A DNA stretch of 32,000 bases from Mycobacterium tuberculosis H37Rv (GTDB lineage Bacteria; Actinomycetota; Actinomycetes; Mycobacteriales; Mycobacteriaceae): positions 3,300,001-3,332,000 of the forward strand of contig NC_000962.3 in the NCBI RefSeq assembly GCF_000195955.2. Reading direction: 5' to 3'. Below the pieces are notes generated by a model. The model worked only from the letters and a program-made list of their open reading frames with translations. It was not told where the DNA came from and made no database searches. A program made the position numbers and the translations under genes. Positions 18,816 through 27,736 of the stretch are shown one piece after another. Every line of letters starts with the position of its first letter. The first letter of the stretch is position 1.

Positions 18816-18889
18816 CTGCGCCGCTCCTCCTCATCGCTGCGTCCCCCGCAAGCGGGCACGGCCCCCACCGCATCGTCGCCGGCGGTCAT
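18813..18889. repeat. Single MIRU (mycobacterial interspersed repetitive unit), about 77 bp
   Basis: catctgcgccgctcctcctcatcgctgcgtcccccgcaagcgggcacggcccccaccgcatcgtcgccggcggtcat fills the rsmD-coaD gap. It is closely related to the repeats at 19464-19662 and carries a 25-codon mini-ORF on the minus strand. Confidence 0.8.
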
Positions 18890-18900
18890 GACCGATGACG

Positions 18901-19467
18901 CTACACGTTGGCAAAAAGCCGTTCGGCCAGTTCCAAACGGGTGTCGCCGTAAACACGCTGGGGCCATCGGCGCCAGCCCTCCGGCCACGTCAACGGCGCG
19001 CACGTGGTCGCACGCTCCACCACCGCTACGGTTCCCTCGCGCGTCCAGCCGTTGGTGCCCAGTGCGGCCAGGATGGCGTCAACGTCGGCGGAGTCGACGT
19101 TGTAGGGCGGGTCGGCCAACACCAGATCCACCGGGGACGTGGTCCCGGCCGCCACGACGGCCGCCACCGCGCCCCGGCGCAGCGTCGCACCGGAGAGACC
19201 TAGGGCCTCGATGTTGCGCGCAATGACGGCCGCGCTGCGCTGGTCGGACTCCACGAACAGCACGGACGCCGCTCCCCGCGACAACGCCTCCAGCCCCAGG
19301 GCGCCGGAACCCGCATAGAGGTCCAACACCGCCAGACCGGTCAGATCCCGCCGCGCAGTCACGATGTTGAATAGCGACTCGCGCACCCGATCGGTGGTAG
19401 GTCTGGTTCCGCGTGGTGGGACGGCAATGCGCCGGCCTCCGGCGACACCGCCGATGATCCGGGTCAA
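18901..19467 (-). CDS. rsmD: 16S rRNA (guanine-N2)-methyltransferase RsmD
   Basis: TTG start at 19467 gives 188 aa ([14 protein letters not shown]...). Motifs [19 protein letters not shown] and LADPPYN. Corresponds to Rv2966c. Confidence 0.88.
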
Positions 19468-19662
19468 GTGCGCCGCTCTCCCTCGCAAGCGGGCGGTACC
19501 CCCACCTCATCGCTTCGTCCCCCGCAAGCGGGCGGTACCCCCACTGCATCGTCGCCGGCGGTGCTCATCTGCGCCGCTCCTCCGCAAGCGGGCGGTACCC
19601 CCACCTCATCGCTTCGTCCCCCGCAAGCAGGCGGTACCCCCACTGCATCGTCGCCGGGGCGG
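19464..19662. repeat. Two tandem MIRU copies of about 100 bp each, each with an internal duplicated core of about 24 bp
   Basis: The core cgcaagc(g/a)ggcggtaccccca occurs four times. The units span about 19464-19566 and 19567-19662 and fill the pca-rsmD gap exactly. Confidence 0.8.
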
Positions 19663-22600
19663 TCAGCTCACCACCACCAACAGGTCTCCGCCCTCCACCT
19701 GGGCGGTGTCCGACACCGCCACCCGCTCCACGGTGCCGGCAACCGGGGCGGTGATCGGGGCTTCCATCTTCATCGCCTCGATGGTGGCGATGGTTTGGCC
19801 GGCGCCGACCCGCTCGCCGACGCACACCCCGACCGTGACGACTCCGGCAAATGGCGCGGCGATGTGTCCGGGATTGCCGCGGTCGGCCTTCTCGGCGGCC
19901 GGAACGGCACTGGCAATGCTGCGGTCGCGCACTAGCACCGGCCGCAGCTGCCCGTTGAGGATGCACATCACCGTTCGCATGCCGCGTTCGTCGGGTTCGG
20001 AAATGGCCTCCAGCCCGATCAACAGCTCCACCCCACGCTCCAGCTTCACCCGATGCTCTTCACCTTGGCGCAGACCATAGAAGAACTGGTTGGCCGACAA
20101 TTGCGACGTGTCGCCGTAGGCTTCCCGGTGCTCATTGAATTCCTTTGTTGGACTGGGAAATAACAGCCTGTTCAGGGTGGCCTGACGCTTGGCTCCGACC
20201 GACGATAGGGCAATCTCGTCGTCCGCCGCCAATTGCGCAGTGGGCCTGGCCGCCCCGCGACCGGCCAGCGCCGCAGTGCGCAGCGGTTCGGGCCACCCGC
20301 CGGGCGGATCACCCAGCTCGCCCCGCAGAAATCCGAGTACCGATTCCGGGATGCCAAATCGCGCTGGATCGGAGGCGAATTCGTCTGCACTGACACCGGC
20401 GCCGACCAGTGCCAGCGCCAGATCGCCGACCACCTTGGACGTTGGCGTGACCTTAACCAGCCTGCCCAACACTCGGTCGGCGCCCGCGTAGGCCTCTTCG
20501 ATCTCTTCGAATCGATCTCCCAGACCAAGAGCAATTGCTTGCTGGCGCAGATTGGACAGTTGGCCGCCCGGAATCTCGTGGTGATAAACCCGCCCCGTCG
20601 GCCCCGGCAACCCAGACTCGAACGGCGCATACACTTTTCGTAACGCCTCCCAGTACGGCTCCAGGGCGCACACCGCCGAAAGCGACAGGCCGGTGTCGTA
20701 CTCGGTGTGGGCAGCGGCAGCAACGATCGAGCTCAGCGCGGGCTGGCTGGTCGTTCCCGCCAGCGGCGCGGCGGCGCCGTCGACGGCATCGGCCCCGGCG
20801 TGCCAAGCGGCCACATAGCTGGCGAGCTGGCCACCCGGTGTGTCGTGGGTGTGCAGGTGAACGGGCAGGTCGAAGCGACTGCGCAGGGCGCTGACCAACC
20901 TTTGAGCGGCCGGCGGGCGCAACAGTCCAGCCATATCCTTGATCGCCAGCACATGGGCGCCGGCGTCCACGATCTGCTCAGCCAGTTTCAGGTAGTAGTC
21001 CAGCGTGTACAGCTGTTCACCCGGATCGGTAAGGTCGCCCGTGTAGCACATCGCGACTTCTGCTATCGCAGAACCTGTTTCGCGTACTGCGTCGATCGCC
21101 GGACGCATCGACTCGATGTTGTTGAGCGCGTCGAAGATACGAAAGATGTCGATACCGGTGGCTGTTGCTTCTTGCACAAACGCCGACGTCACGATTTCCG
21201 GGTACGGCGTGTAGCCCACGGTATTGCGGCCCCGCAATAGCATCTGCAAGCAGATATTGGGCATTGCTGCACGCAGTGTGGCCAGCCGTTCCCAGGGATC
21301 CTCCTTGAGAAAGCGCAGCGCCACATCGTAAGTCGCACCGCCCCAACACTCCACGGACAACAGCTGCGGCATGGTCCGCGCGAGATACGGTGCCACCCGC
21401 GACAGTCCGCTGGTGCGTACTCGGGTAGCCAGTAACGACTGGTGAGCATCCCGGAATGTGGTATCGGTGACCCCGACCGCGGCCGACTCCCGCAGCCAAC
21501 GAGCAAATCCTTCCGGCCCCAACTTGACTAGTCGCTGCTTGGACCCGGCCGGTGGTGCGGCCCGCAGATCAAGATCGGGCAGCTTGTCGTCCGGGTAGAT
21601 CGTTGACGGACGCGAGCCATACGGGTTGTTGACGGTGACATCGGCCAGGAAGTTAAGGATCTTGGTGCCGCGGTCGGCCGAGGCGCGCGCGGTCAGCAGC
21701 TGCGGCCGCTCATCAATGAAGGACGTGGTGACCCGGCCCGCTCGGAAGTCCGGGTCATCCAGGACCGCTTGCAGGAACGGAATATTCGTCGATACCCCGC
21801 GGATCCGGAACTCCGCGATCGCCCGGCGCGCACGGCTCACTGCGGTAGGGAGGTCACGGCCCCGACAGGTCAGCTTGACCAGCATGGAGTCGAAGTACGG
21901 GCTGATTTCTGCGCCCAGGTTGGTGCTGCCGTCCAGGCGGACACCGGCACCGCCGGCGGTGCGCAACGCGCTGATCCGGCCCGTGTCCGGCCGGAAGCCG
22001 TTGGCCGGATCCTCGGTGGTGATCCGGCACTGTAGTGCGGCGCCATGCGGTGCGATGTCCTCCTGCCGCAGGCCCAATTGTTCGAGCGTCTCCCCGGCGG
22101 CAATGCGCAGCTGGCTGGCGACCAGGTCGACGTCGGTAATCTCCTCGGTCACCGTGTGCTCCACCTGAACCCGCGGATTCATCTCGATGAAGACATACTC
22201 CCCTCGCTCGTCCAGCAGGAACTCGACGGTGCCCGCGCAGCTGTACCCGATATGGCGGGCGAAGGCGACCGCATCGACGCACATCTTGTAACGCAACTCG
22301 GCGTCCAGGTGCGGCGCGGGCGCCAGCTCGATGACCTTCTGATGGCGACGCTGCACACTGCAGTCACGCTCATAGAGATGGATCACGTCGCCGAGGTTGT
22401 CCGCCAGAATCTGCACCTCGATGTGGCGTGGATTGATCACTGCCTGCTCGAGATAGACCGTCGGGTCCCCGAACGCCGACTCGGCTTCCCGGCTGGCGGC
22501 TTCGATCGCCTCCGGAAGCGCCGCGATATCGCCGACACGACGCATACCCCGGCCCCCGCCACCGGCAACTGCCTTGACGAACAACGGAAACGGCATGCCG

Positions 22601-23046
22601 GCCGCAACCGACAGCAGTTCGTCGACCGAGGCCGACGGCGCCGAGGACATCAGCACGGGCAAGCCGGCTTCGCGGGCCGCCGCGATGGCGCGAGACTTAT
22701 TCCCAGCCAGCTCAAGCACTTCGGCGCTGGGACCGACGAAGCTGATGCCCGCCGCCGCGCATGCCGCAGCCAGATCCGGATTCTCCGATAGAAACCCGTA
22801 GCCAGGGTAGATAGCGTCGGCACCCGCCCGACGGGCCGTCGCGACGATCTCGTCGACCGACAGGTATGCATGCACCGGGTGACCGATGTCGCCGATCTGG
22901 TAAGACTCGTCCGCCTTGAGACGGTGCTGCGAATTGCGGTCCTCGTACGGATAAACGGCCACGGTTCCGACGCCCAGTTCGTAGGCGGCACGAAAGGCCC
23001 GGATCGCGATCTCCCCGCGATTGGCGACGAGCACCTTGGAAAACAC
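19663..23046 (-). CDS. pca: Pyruvate carboxylase
   Basis: 1127-aa ORF with an N-terminal biotin carboxylase/ATP-grasp domain (MFSKVLVANRGEIAIRAFRAA), a central carboxyltransferase domain and a C-terminal biotinyl motif IEAMKMEAPI. Confidence 0.95.
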   Translation of the reverse strand: MFSKVLVANRGEIAIRAFRAAYELGVGTVAVYPYEDRNSQHRLKADESYQIGDIGHPVHAYLSVDEIVATARRAGADAIYPGYGFLSENPDLAAACAAAGISFVGPSAEVLELAGNKSRAIAAAREAGLPVLMSSAPSASVDELLSVAAGMPFPLFVKAVAGGGGRGMRRVGDIAALPEAIEAASREAESAFGDPTVYLEQAVINPRHIEVQILADNLGDVIHLYERDCSVQRRHQKVIELAPAPHLDAELRYKMCVDAVAFARHIGYSCAGTVEFLLDERGEYVFIEMNPRVQVEHTVTEEITDVDLVASQLRIAAGETLEQLGLRQEDIAPHGAALQCRITTEDPANGFRPDTGRISALRTAGGAGVRLDGSTNLGAEISPYFDSMLVKLTCRGRDLPTAVSRARRAIAEFRIRGVSTNIPFLQAVLDDPDFRAGRVTTSFIDERPQLLTARASADRGTKILNFLADVTVNNPYGSRPSTIYPDDKLPDLDLRAAPPAGSKQRLVKLGPEGFARWLRESAAVGVTDTTFRDAHQSLLATRVRTSGLSRVAPYLARTMPQLLSVECWGGATYDVALRFLKEDPWERLATLRAAMPNICLQMLLRGRNTVGYTPYPEIVTSAFVQEATATGIDIFRIFDALNNIESMRPAIDAVRETGSAIAEVAMCYTGDLTDPGEQLYTLDYYLKLAEQIVDAGAHVLAIKDMAGLLRPPAAQRLVSALRSRFDLPVHLHTHDTPGGQLASYVAAWHAGADAVDGAAAPLAGTTSQPALSSIVAAAAHTEYDTGLSLSAVCALEPYWEALRKVYAPFESGLPGPTGRVYHHEIPGGQLSNLRQQAIALGLGDRFEEIEEAYAGADRVLGRLVKVTPTSKVVGDLALALVGAGVSADEFASDPARFGIPESVLGFLRGELGDPPGGWPEPLRTAALAGRGAARPTAQLAADDEIALSSVGAKRQATLNRLLFPSPTKEFNEHREAYGDTSQLSANQFFYGLRQGEEHRVKLERGVELLIGLEAISEPDERGMRTVMCILNGQLRPVLVRDRSIASAVPAAEKADRGNPGHIAAPFAGVVTVGVCVGERVGAGQTIATIEAMKMEAPITAPVAGTVERVAVSDTAQVEGGDLLVVVS

Positions 23047-23070
23047 GTGTGGCTCCCTTATCCGGATGTC

Positions 23071-23703
23071 TCAGATCAGCGTCGACCAATAGTCCCAAAA
23101 GCGGACCATGATCAGCAGGAATACTGTCGTGAACCAGAGCGTGGCCAGCGACCATCGCCATTGATAGAGCAGCCGTGCCCCGACGCGCTCCTGGCTTCCC
23201 CGGTTTTCCCGCATCGGACCGAAAACGATGGACGCGACCACCACCAGCAGTGTGGCGATGACCGCCCAGACCACCATGCAGTATGGGCACAGGGCACCGA
23301 TACGGTACAGGCTCTGGAATATCAGCCAATGCACGAACGCCACACCAACCAGGATCCCGACCGCCAGGCCGATCCAATACCACCTGGGCAACGGCACTTT
23401 CGCCACCGCCAGCACCCCGGTGACCACCACCACGGTGAAGCCCGCAATGCCGAGAAGCGGGTTGGGAAAGCCCAGCAACGACGCCTGCGGTGTGGTCATC
23501 ACCGAGCCGCACGACACTATCGGGTTGACATTGCATGACGGCACATAGATCGGATCGAGCAGAATCCTGACCTTCTCCACCGTGAGCGTCATCGAAGCGA
23601 ACAGCCCGATCACACCGCCGATCAGCACCCACCACGCGCTAGGCACCGGCACCCGCACCGCAGCCGGGTCGCCGGATCGCTCGGCAGGTCGAGCTGCCAC
23701 CAC
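23071..23703 (-). CDS. Rv2968c: Vitamin K epoxide reductase (VKOR) homologue, membrane disulfide-generating enzyme
   Basis: 210-aa membrane protein with the loop cysteine pair SCNVNPIVSC and the CxxC motif in a transmembrane helix (LCPYC), which is the VKOR signature. Confidence 0.88.
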   Translation of the reverse strand: MVAARPAERSGDPAAVRVPVPSAWWVLIGGVIGLFASMTLTVEKVRILLDPIYVPSCNVNPIVSCGSVMTTPQASLLGFPNPLLGIAGFTVVVVTGVLAVAKVPLPRWYWIGLAVGILVGVAFVHWLIFQSLYRIGALCPYCMVVWAVIATLLVVVASIVFGPMRENRGSQERVGARLLYQWRWSLATLWFTTVFLLIMVRFWDYWSTLI

Positions 23704-23708
23704 AATCG

Positions 23709-24476
23709 TCAGGATGTCGCGGTAGCAGCGGCCGAGTCAATGCCCGGCACATCACCCACAATTTCTTTGATCTTGGCGACCAGCGCCGCCGGCGTCGACC
23801 ACTCGTACTCTGTGCCATTGACCCGGACCGTCGGGGTCGCGTGCACGTTGACCGCCGCCGCCAGCCCGTCGACTTTTTCGATGTACTTGCCGCTGTTGAT
23901 GCAGTCGGGCACCTTGCCCACGACGCCGGCTTCGCGGGCAAGTTCGATCAACCGCGCGTTGTCGGGGAAATCCTTGCCGAGCTCGGCAGGCTGGATGTCC
24001 TTGCTGAACAAGGCGGCGTGGAAGCGGCGGAACGCCTCGATCGATTCGTCGGCAACGCAATAAGCCGCAGCAGCCGCTCGCGACGAATAGTGTTGATTGC
24101 TGGCGCTATCGAGAATGGCCACCATCGTGTAATCGGCCGCGACAGCGCCGATGTCCACGAGCTTGGACACGGTTGGCCCGAAACCGCGCTCGAATATGCC
24201 GCACGCCGGACACAGGAAATCCTCGTAGAAGGACACCACGGCCTTGGGGTTGCTGGTTCCGGGCTGGGTGACCAGCTTGCTCGACGTCACCCGTACTGCA
24301 TCGCCGGGGCCCGCGACGCCGTCCTTCTTGTCGTCGCGCGACGTCACGATGTAGAAGACCAGGACGACGGCAAAAACGACGACGATGGTGGTGCCACCAA
24401 TCTGGACGAGCCGGCCGAAGCTGCCGTCGGCGGACTTCAGATCGAATCGCGGGGGGCGTTTGGATTTGTCGGCCAC
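23709..24476 (-). CDS. Rv2969c: DsbA-like thioredoxin-fold oxidoreductase, membrane-anchored/exported
   Basis: CxxC motif in FYEDFLCPACGIFE and an N-terminal transmembrane anchor IGGTTIVVVFAVVLVFYIV. GTG 24476 gives 255 aa; GTG 24494 is possible (261 aa). Confidence 0.85.
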   Translation of the reverse strand: MADKSKRPPRFDLKSADGSFGRLVQIGGTTIVVVFAVVLVFYIVTSRDDKKDGVAGPGDAVRVTSSKLVTQPGTSNPKAVVSFYEDFLCPACGIFERGFGPTVSKLVDIGAVAADYTMVAILDSASNQHYSSRAAAAAYCVADESIEAFRRFHAALFSKDIQPAELGKDFPDNARLIELAREAGVVGKVPDCINSGKYIEKVDGLAAAVNVHATPTVRVNGTEYEWSTPAALVAKIKEIVGDVPGIDSAAATATS

Positions 24477-24572
24477 AGTTTCGCTGATCCTCACGTGCTC
24501 GATTTGTCGGCTTGTCGCGGCCGCGGTCAGGCGACGGCGCCTCTAGCGTACCGGCGGCAAGCCAGCCTCGAC

Positions 24573-25703
24573 TCAAACCCGGCTAAGGTGCGCGCGCAGC
24601 GCGGAGATCAGCTCGTTGGTCCCGGCAGCACTGCCTCCCCCCAGCTGAAACAGGTTGAGGAAGCCATGCGTCAGCGAACCCAGATACCGCAAGTCCACTG
24701 CAGTCCCGGCAGCCCGCAGCGCCTTCGCATAGCTTTCTCCTTCGTCGCGCAATGGGTCGAAGCCGGCGACCGCGATGAGAGCAGGCGCCAGCCCGGACAG
24801 CGATTCGGCCAACAACGGCGACAACCGCGGATCCGCCGGATCGACATCGGAATCCCTGAGGTATTGCGTGTGGAACCAATCGATGTCCCGCTTGGTCAGC
24901 AGGAAGCCATTGCCGAACAGGCCCATTGAGCGAGTCTGTGCGGTGAAATCGGTCCTGGGATACAGCAGCCACTGCAGCACCGGGGTGGGCCCACCCTCGT
25001 AGCGAGCCTTGTCGCGCGCCAACTGACACACCACGGCCGACAGGTTGCCGCCCGCACTGTCCCCGCCCACCGCGACCCGCCCGGGGAGCGCACCGAACTC
25101 ATCGGAAGCGTGCTCATGGGCCCATACAAAAGCCGCATAGGCATCTTCAACCGCGGCCGGCGCCGGATGCTCGGGAGCCAACCGGTAGTCGATCGACAGT
25201 ACCTGGATGTCGGCGTCGCGACAGGTCAACCGGCACAGCGCGTCATGGGTGTCCAAGTCCCCGAGCGTCCAGCCGCCACCGTGGTAAAAGACCAGCAGCG
25301 GCGTGGCGCCACCGCCGCTGGGGCGGTAGTGCCGCGCCGGGATCTCACCGGCTGGTCCGGGTATTGACAGGTCGGTCACGTCGACGTGGATCTGCGGACC
25401 GGGCATCGCCTCGCATATCGCGCGCATGTGCGCGCGAGAGGCGACGATGTCGTCGTCTACGGCCAGGCCGTCGACACCGAAGATCCGCGAAGTCGACAAC
25501 ATCAGCTGCAGGGTGGGGTCAAGCGTATTGCCATCGATAATGACCGATCGGCCGGCCGACAGGATCCGTTTGGCAGGCGTCGGGATCCACGGAAGGACCT
25601 TGACTCCGACGTTGACGACGGTGCCCTGCACACGCCGTGTCCACATGCGCGGGTGGTTTGCTCCGAGACGGAGGTCTGCCACACCTGGCAGACTCTTGGT
25701 CAT
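24573..25703 (-). CDS. lipN: Hormone-sensitive-lipase-family esterase/lipase
   Basis: ATG 25703 (MTKSLPGVADL) gives 376 aa. HSL motifs VFYHGGGWTLGD and GGDSAGGN. The upstream 74 codons of the 450-aa track ORF are Arg-rich and lie over the divergent region. Confidence 0.88.
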   Translation of the reverse strand: MTKSLPGVADLRLGANHPRMWTRRVQGTVVNVGVKVLPWIPTPAKRILSAGRSVIIDGNTLDPTLQLMLSTSRIFGVDGLAVDDDIVASRAHMRAICEAMPGPQIHVDVTDLSIPGPAGEIPARHYRPSGGGATPLLVFYHGGGWTLGDLDTHDALCRLTCRDADIQVLSIDYRLAPEHPAPAAVEDAYAAFVWAHEHASDEFGALPGRVAVGGDSAGGNLSAVVCQLARDKARYEGGPTPVLQWLLYPRTDFTAQTRSMGLFGNGFLLTKRDIDWFHTQYLRDSDVDPADPRLSPLLAESLSGLAPALIAVAGFDPLRDEGESYAKALRAAGTAVDLRYLGSLTHGFLNLFQLGGGSAAGTNELISALRAHLSRV

Positions 25704-26094
25704 GGGCTGCTCCCTACAAAACTCTGTCACGCGCAGCAACGGACACTCGATCCGCGCCGTCAGGCTGGATGTCTTTCGGGTCCTGCCGGCCGACACCGGG
25801 CAAGCGGTAGGTGCCGCGAGTCCGGCGTGCCCAACGGCCAACTCTACGTGGTGACCAAAGTGTTGAATGCCGACCAGCACTATTCGCGGCTTACGCCGCC
25901 GTCGCCGAAGGCTGTGGCTCAGCACCTGCCCAGGTGTTGATTAGGTGGCATATCCAACTCGGTAATATCGTGATCCCCAAGTCGGTGAACCCAATGCGGA
26001 TTGCGAGCAACTTCGACGCGTTCGATTTCCCTCGCTCGATGACGGAACCCGGCTTGGTCCGAATCCGAAAACCTTCAATTTCACAGGCAGGTGA
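25702..26094 (+). pseudogene. Heavily deleted, frameshifted aldo-keto reductase remnant just upstream of the intact paralogue
   Basis: AKR-like pieces occur in three frames and align to Rv2971 in this window. [22 protein letters not shown] matches [58 protein letters not shown] matches [52 protein letters not shown] matches [17 protein letters not shown]. About 390 bp remain where about 850 bp would be expected. Confidence 0.65.
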
Positions 26095-26100
26095 GATGAC

Positions 26101-26949
26101 GTGACTGGCGAGTCGGGCGCCGCCGCCGCACCCTCGATTACCCTCAACGACGAGCATACGATGCCGGTGCTTGGCCTCGGCGTCGCGGAATTGTCGGACG
26201 ACGAGACCGAACGTGCGGTGTCCGCGGCGCTGGAAATTGGCTGCCGGCTGATCGACACCGCCTACGCCTATGGCAACGAGGCCGCGGTCGGCCGCGCAAT
26301 TGCAGCCTCCGGCGTTGCCCGCGAAGAGCTGTTCGTCACCACCAAGCTAGCCACCCCCGACCAGGGTTTCACCCGTTCCCAGGAAGCATGTAGAGCCAGT
26401 TTGGACCGCCTCGGCCTCGACTACGTCGACCTTTACCTAATTCACTGGCCGGCCCCGCCGGTGGGCAAGTATGTGGACGCCTGGGGAGGCATGATTCAAT
26501 CCCGCGGAGAGGGCCATGCCCGATCGATCGGCGTGTCCAACTTCACCGCGGAGAACATCGAAAACCTTATCGACCTCACATTCGTCACGCCGGCGGTCAA
26601 CCAGATCGAGCTGCACCCGCTGCTCAACCAGGACGAACTGCGCAAAGCTAACGCCCAGCACACCGTCGTCACACAGTCCTACTGCCCCCTGGCACTCGGC
26701 AGGCTGCTGGACAACCCAACCGTCACATCAATCGCCAGCGAATACGTCAAGACGCCCGCACAAGTGCTGCTGCGGTGGAACCTGCAATTGGGCAATGCGG
26801 TGGTCGTCCGCTCGGCCAGACCCGAGCGCATCGCCAGCAACTTCGACGTCTTCGACTTCGAGTTGGCGGCCGAACACATGGATGCATTGGGCGGGCTCAA
26901 TGACGGCACCCGGGTGCGCGAGGATCCACTGACCTACGCCGGCACCTGA
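26101..26949 (+). CDS. Rv2971: Aldo-keto reductase
   Basis: 282-aa ORF from GTG 26101, preceded by AGGTGAG. AKR motifs [24 protein letters not shown] and [15 protein letters not shown]. Confidence 0.9.
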
Positions 26950-26954
26950 TACGC

Positions 26955-27016
26955 CGCCGACTGTGAACCGCGCGACGTCTCCTCGGCGTGTCACGTCGTG
27001 AGATTCACCGTCGGCG
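26955..27016. terminator. Nested inverted repeats between convergent genes (candidate terminator)
   Basis: The outer arms cgccgactgtgaa (26955-26967) and ttcaccgtcggcg (27004-27016) pair with one mismatch. They enclose an inner cgacgt/acgtcg hairpin. The structure lies between the Rv2971 stop (26949) and the Rv2972c stop (27023). Confidence 0.3.
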
Positions 27017-27022
27017 CGTGGA

Positions 27023-27736
27023 CTAGCCCGTCGGGCAGGTGGCCGCGGCCTGACGCAGTACGTCGGACGATGGCTGATCCACTGGCAGTGAATAGCCGCG
27101 CAGCACGGCGATGAATTGCATCGCGTACTGACAGGCGAAGGCCTTGTTGGGTGGCATCCATTGGGCCGGTGGCGAATCGCCCTTGTCCTGATTTGCCTGC
27201 CCCTGCACGGCCAGCAGGTTGGCCGGATCGTTGGCGAAGCGCATTCGCTCGGAGTTCGGCCACCGATAGGCGCCCATGTCCCAGGCATACGAGAGCGGAA
27301 CGATGTGGTCGATCTGGACCGATTGGCCAACACTGGCGCCGCGTTGGAAGGCAACGGTGGTGTTGGTGTACGGATCGCGCAGGGTGCCGGTGGCCACCGC
27401 ATTCGGACACCGCTTGATCGACACATATGTCTTGTCGACCAGATCCCGGTCGAGGATGTCGTCGCGGGTGTCGCACCCGTTGTGCCCTCCCGGCGCGTCA
27501 TTGCGATCGTCCCAGGGGTGACCGAATGCGGACCTGCGGTAGTCGTAGCGGTGGATCCGTTTGGGTAGCACGGCGATGCCGGCGAGCACGTCGGCACCGG
27601 GTTGCACGGTTGGCACGCCAGCGCGGGCGGCGAACTCGTCAGCGTGCCTGCCCGCCGATGATCCCAGCGTCTGATACGCGACCACCAGCGCCAGCGCCGC
27701 GATCGCCGACAGCCACAGTAGCGTTCTGCGGTTCAT
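27023..27736 (-). CDS. Rv2972c: Exported DUF1524 / His-Me-finger (HNH-like) nuclease-domain protein
   Basis: 237 aa with a signal/anchor sequence MNRRTLLWLSAIAALALVVAYQTL. Motifs GCDTRDDILDRDL, QIDHIVPLSYAWDMGA and FANDPANLLAVQGQANQDKGD. Its ATG overlaps the recG TGA (ATGA at 27733-27736). Confidence 0.8.
   Translation of the reverse strand: MNRRTLLWLSAIAALALVVAYQTLGSSAGRHADEFAARAGVPTVQPGADVLAGIAVLPKRIHRYDYRRSAFGHPWDDRNDAPGGHNGCDTRDDILDRDLVDKTYVSIKRCPNAVATGTLRDPYTNTTVAFQRGASVGQSVQIDHIVPLSYAWDMGAYRWPNSERMRFANDPANLLAVQGQANQDKGDSPPAQWMPPNKAFACQYAMQFIAVLRGYSLPVDQPSSDVLRQAAATCPTG

Noticed and set aside
19464-19662. Possibility that the tandem repeats are a CRISPR array
   Set aside because: There are only two units of about 100 bp with no unique spacers and no cas genes. 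The sequence matches the MIRU family, and a related single copy sits 600 bp away.
19364-20080. 238-aa plus-strand ORF spanning the MIRUs and the pca 3' end
   Set aside because: It is antisense to pca and rsmD. Its repetitive [11 protein letters not shown] segments are simply the MIRU repeat translated.
22712-23635. 307-aa minus-strand ORF overlapping the pca 5' end and the VKOR gene
   Set aside because: It is out of frame with two genes that have clear motifs, and it is Arg/Gly-rich.
23841-24929. 362-aa plus-strand ORF
   Set aside because: It is antisense to the DsbA-like gene and the lipN 3' end, with no motif.
25704-25925. Upstream 74 codons of the 450-aa lipN ORF
   Set aside because: It is Arg-rich ([14 protein letters not shown]...) and overlaps the AKR relic on the other strand. 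MTKSLPG at 25703 gives the expected esterase length.
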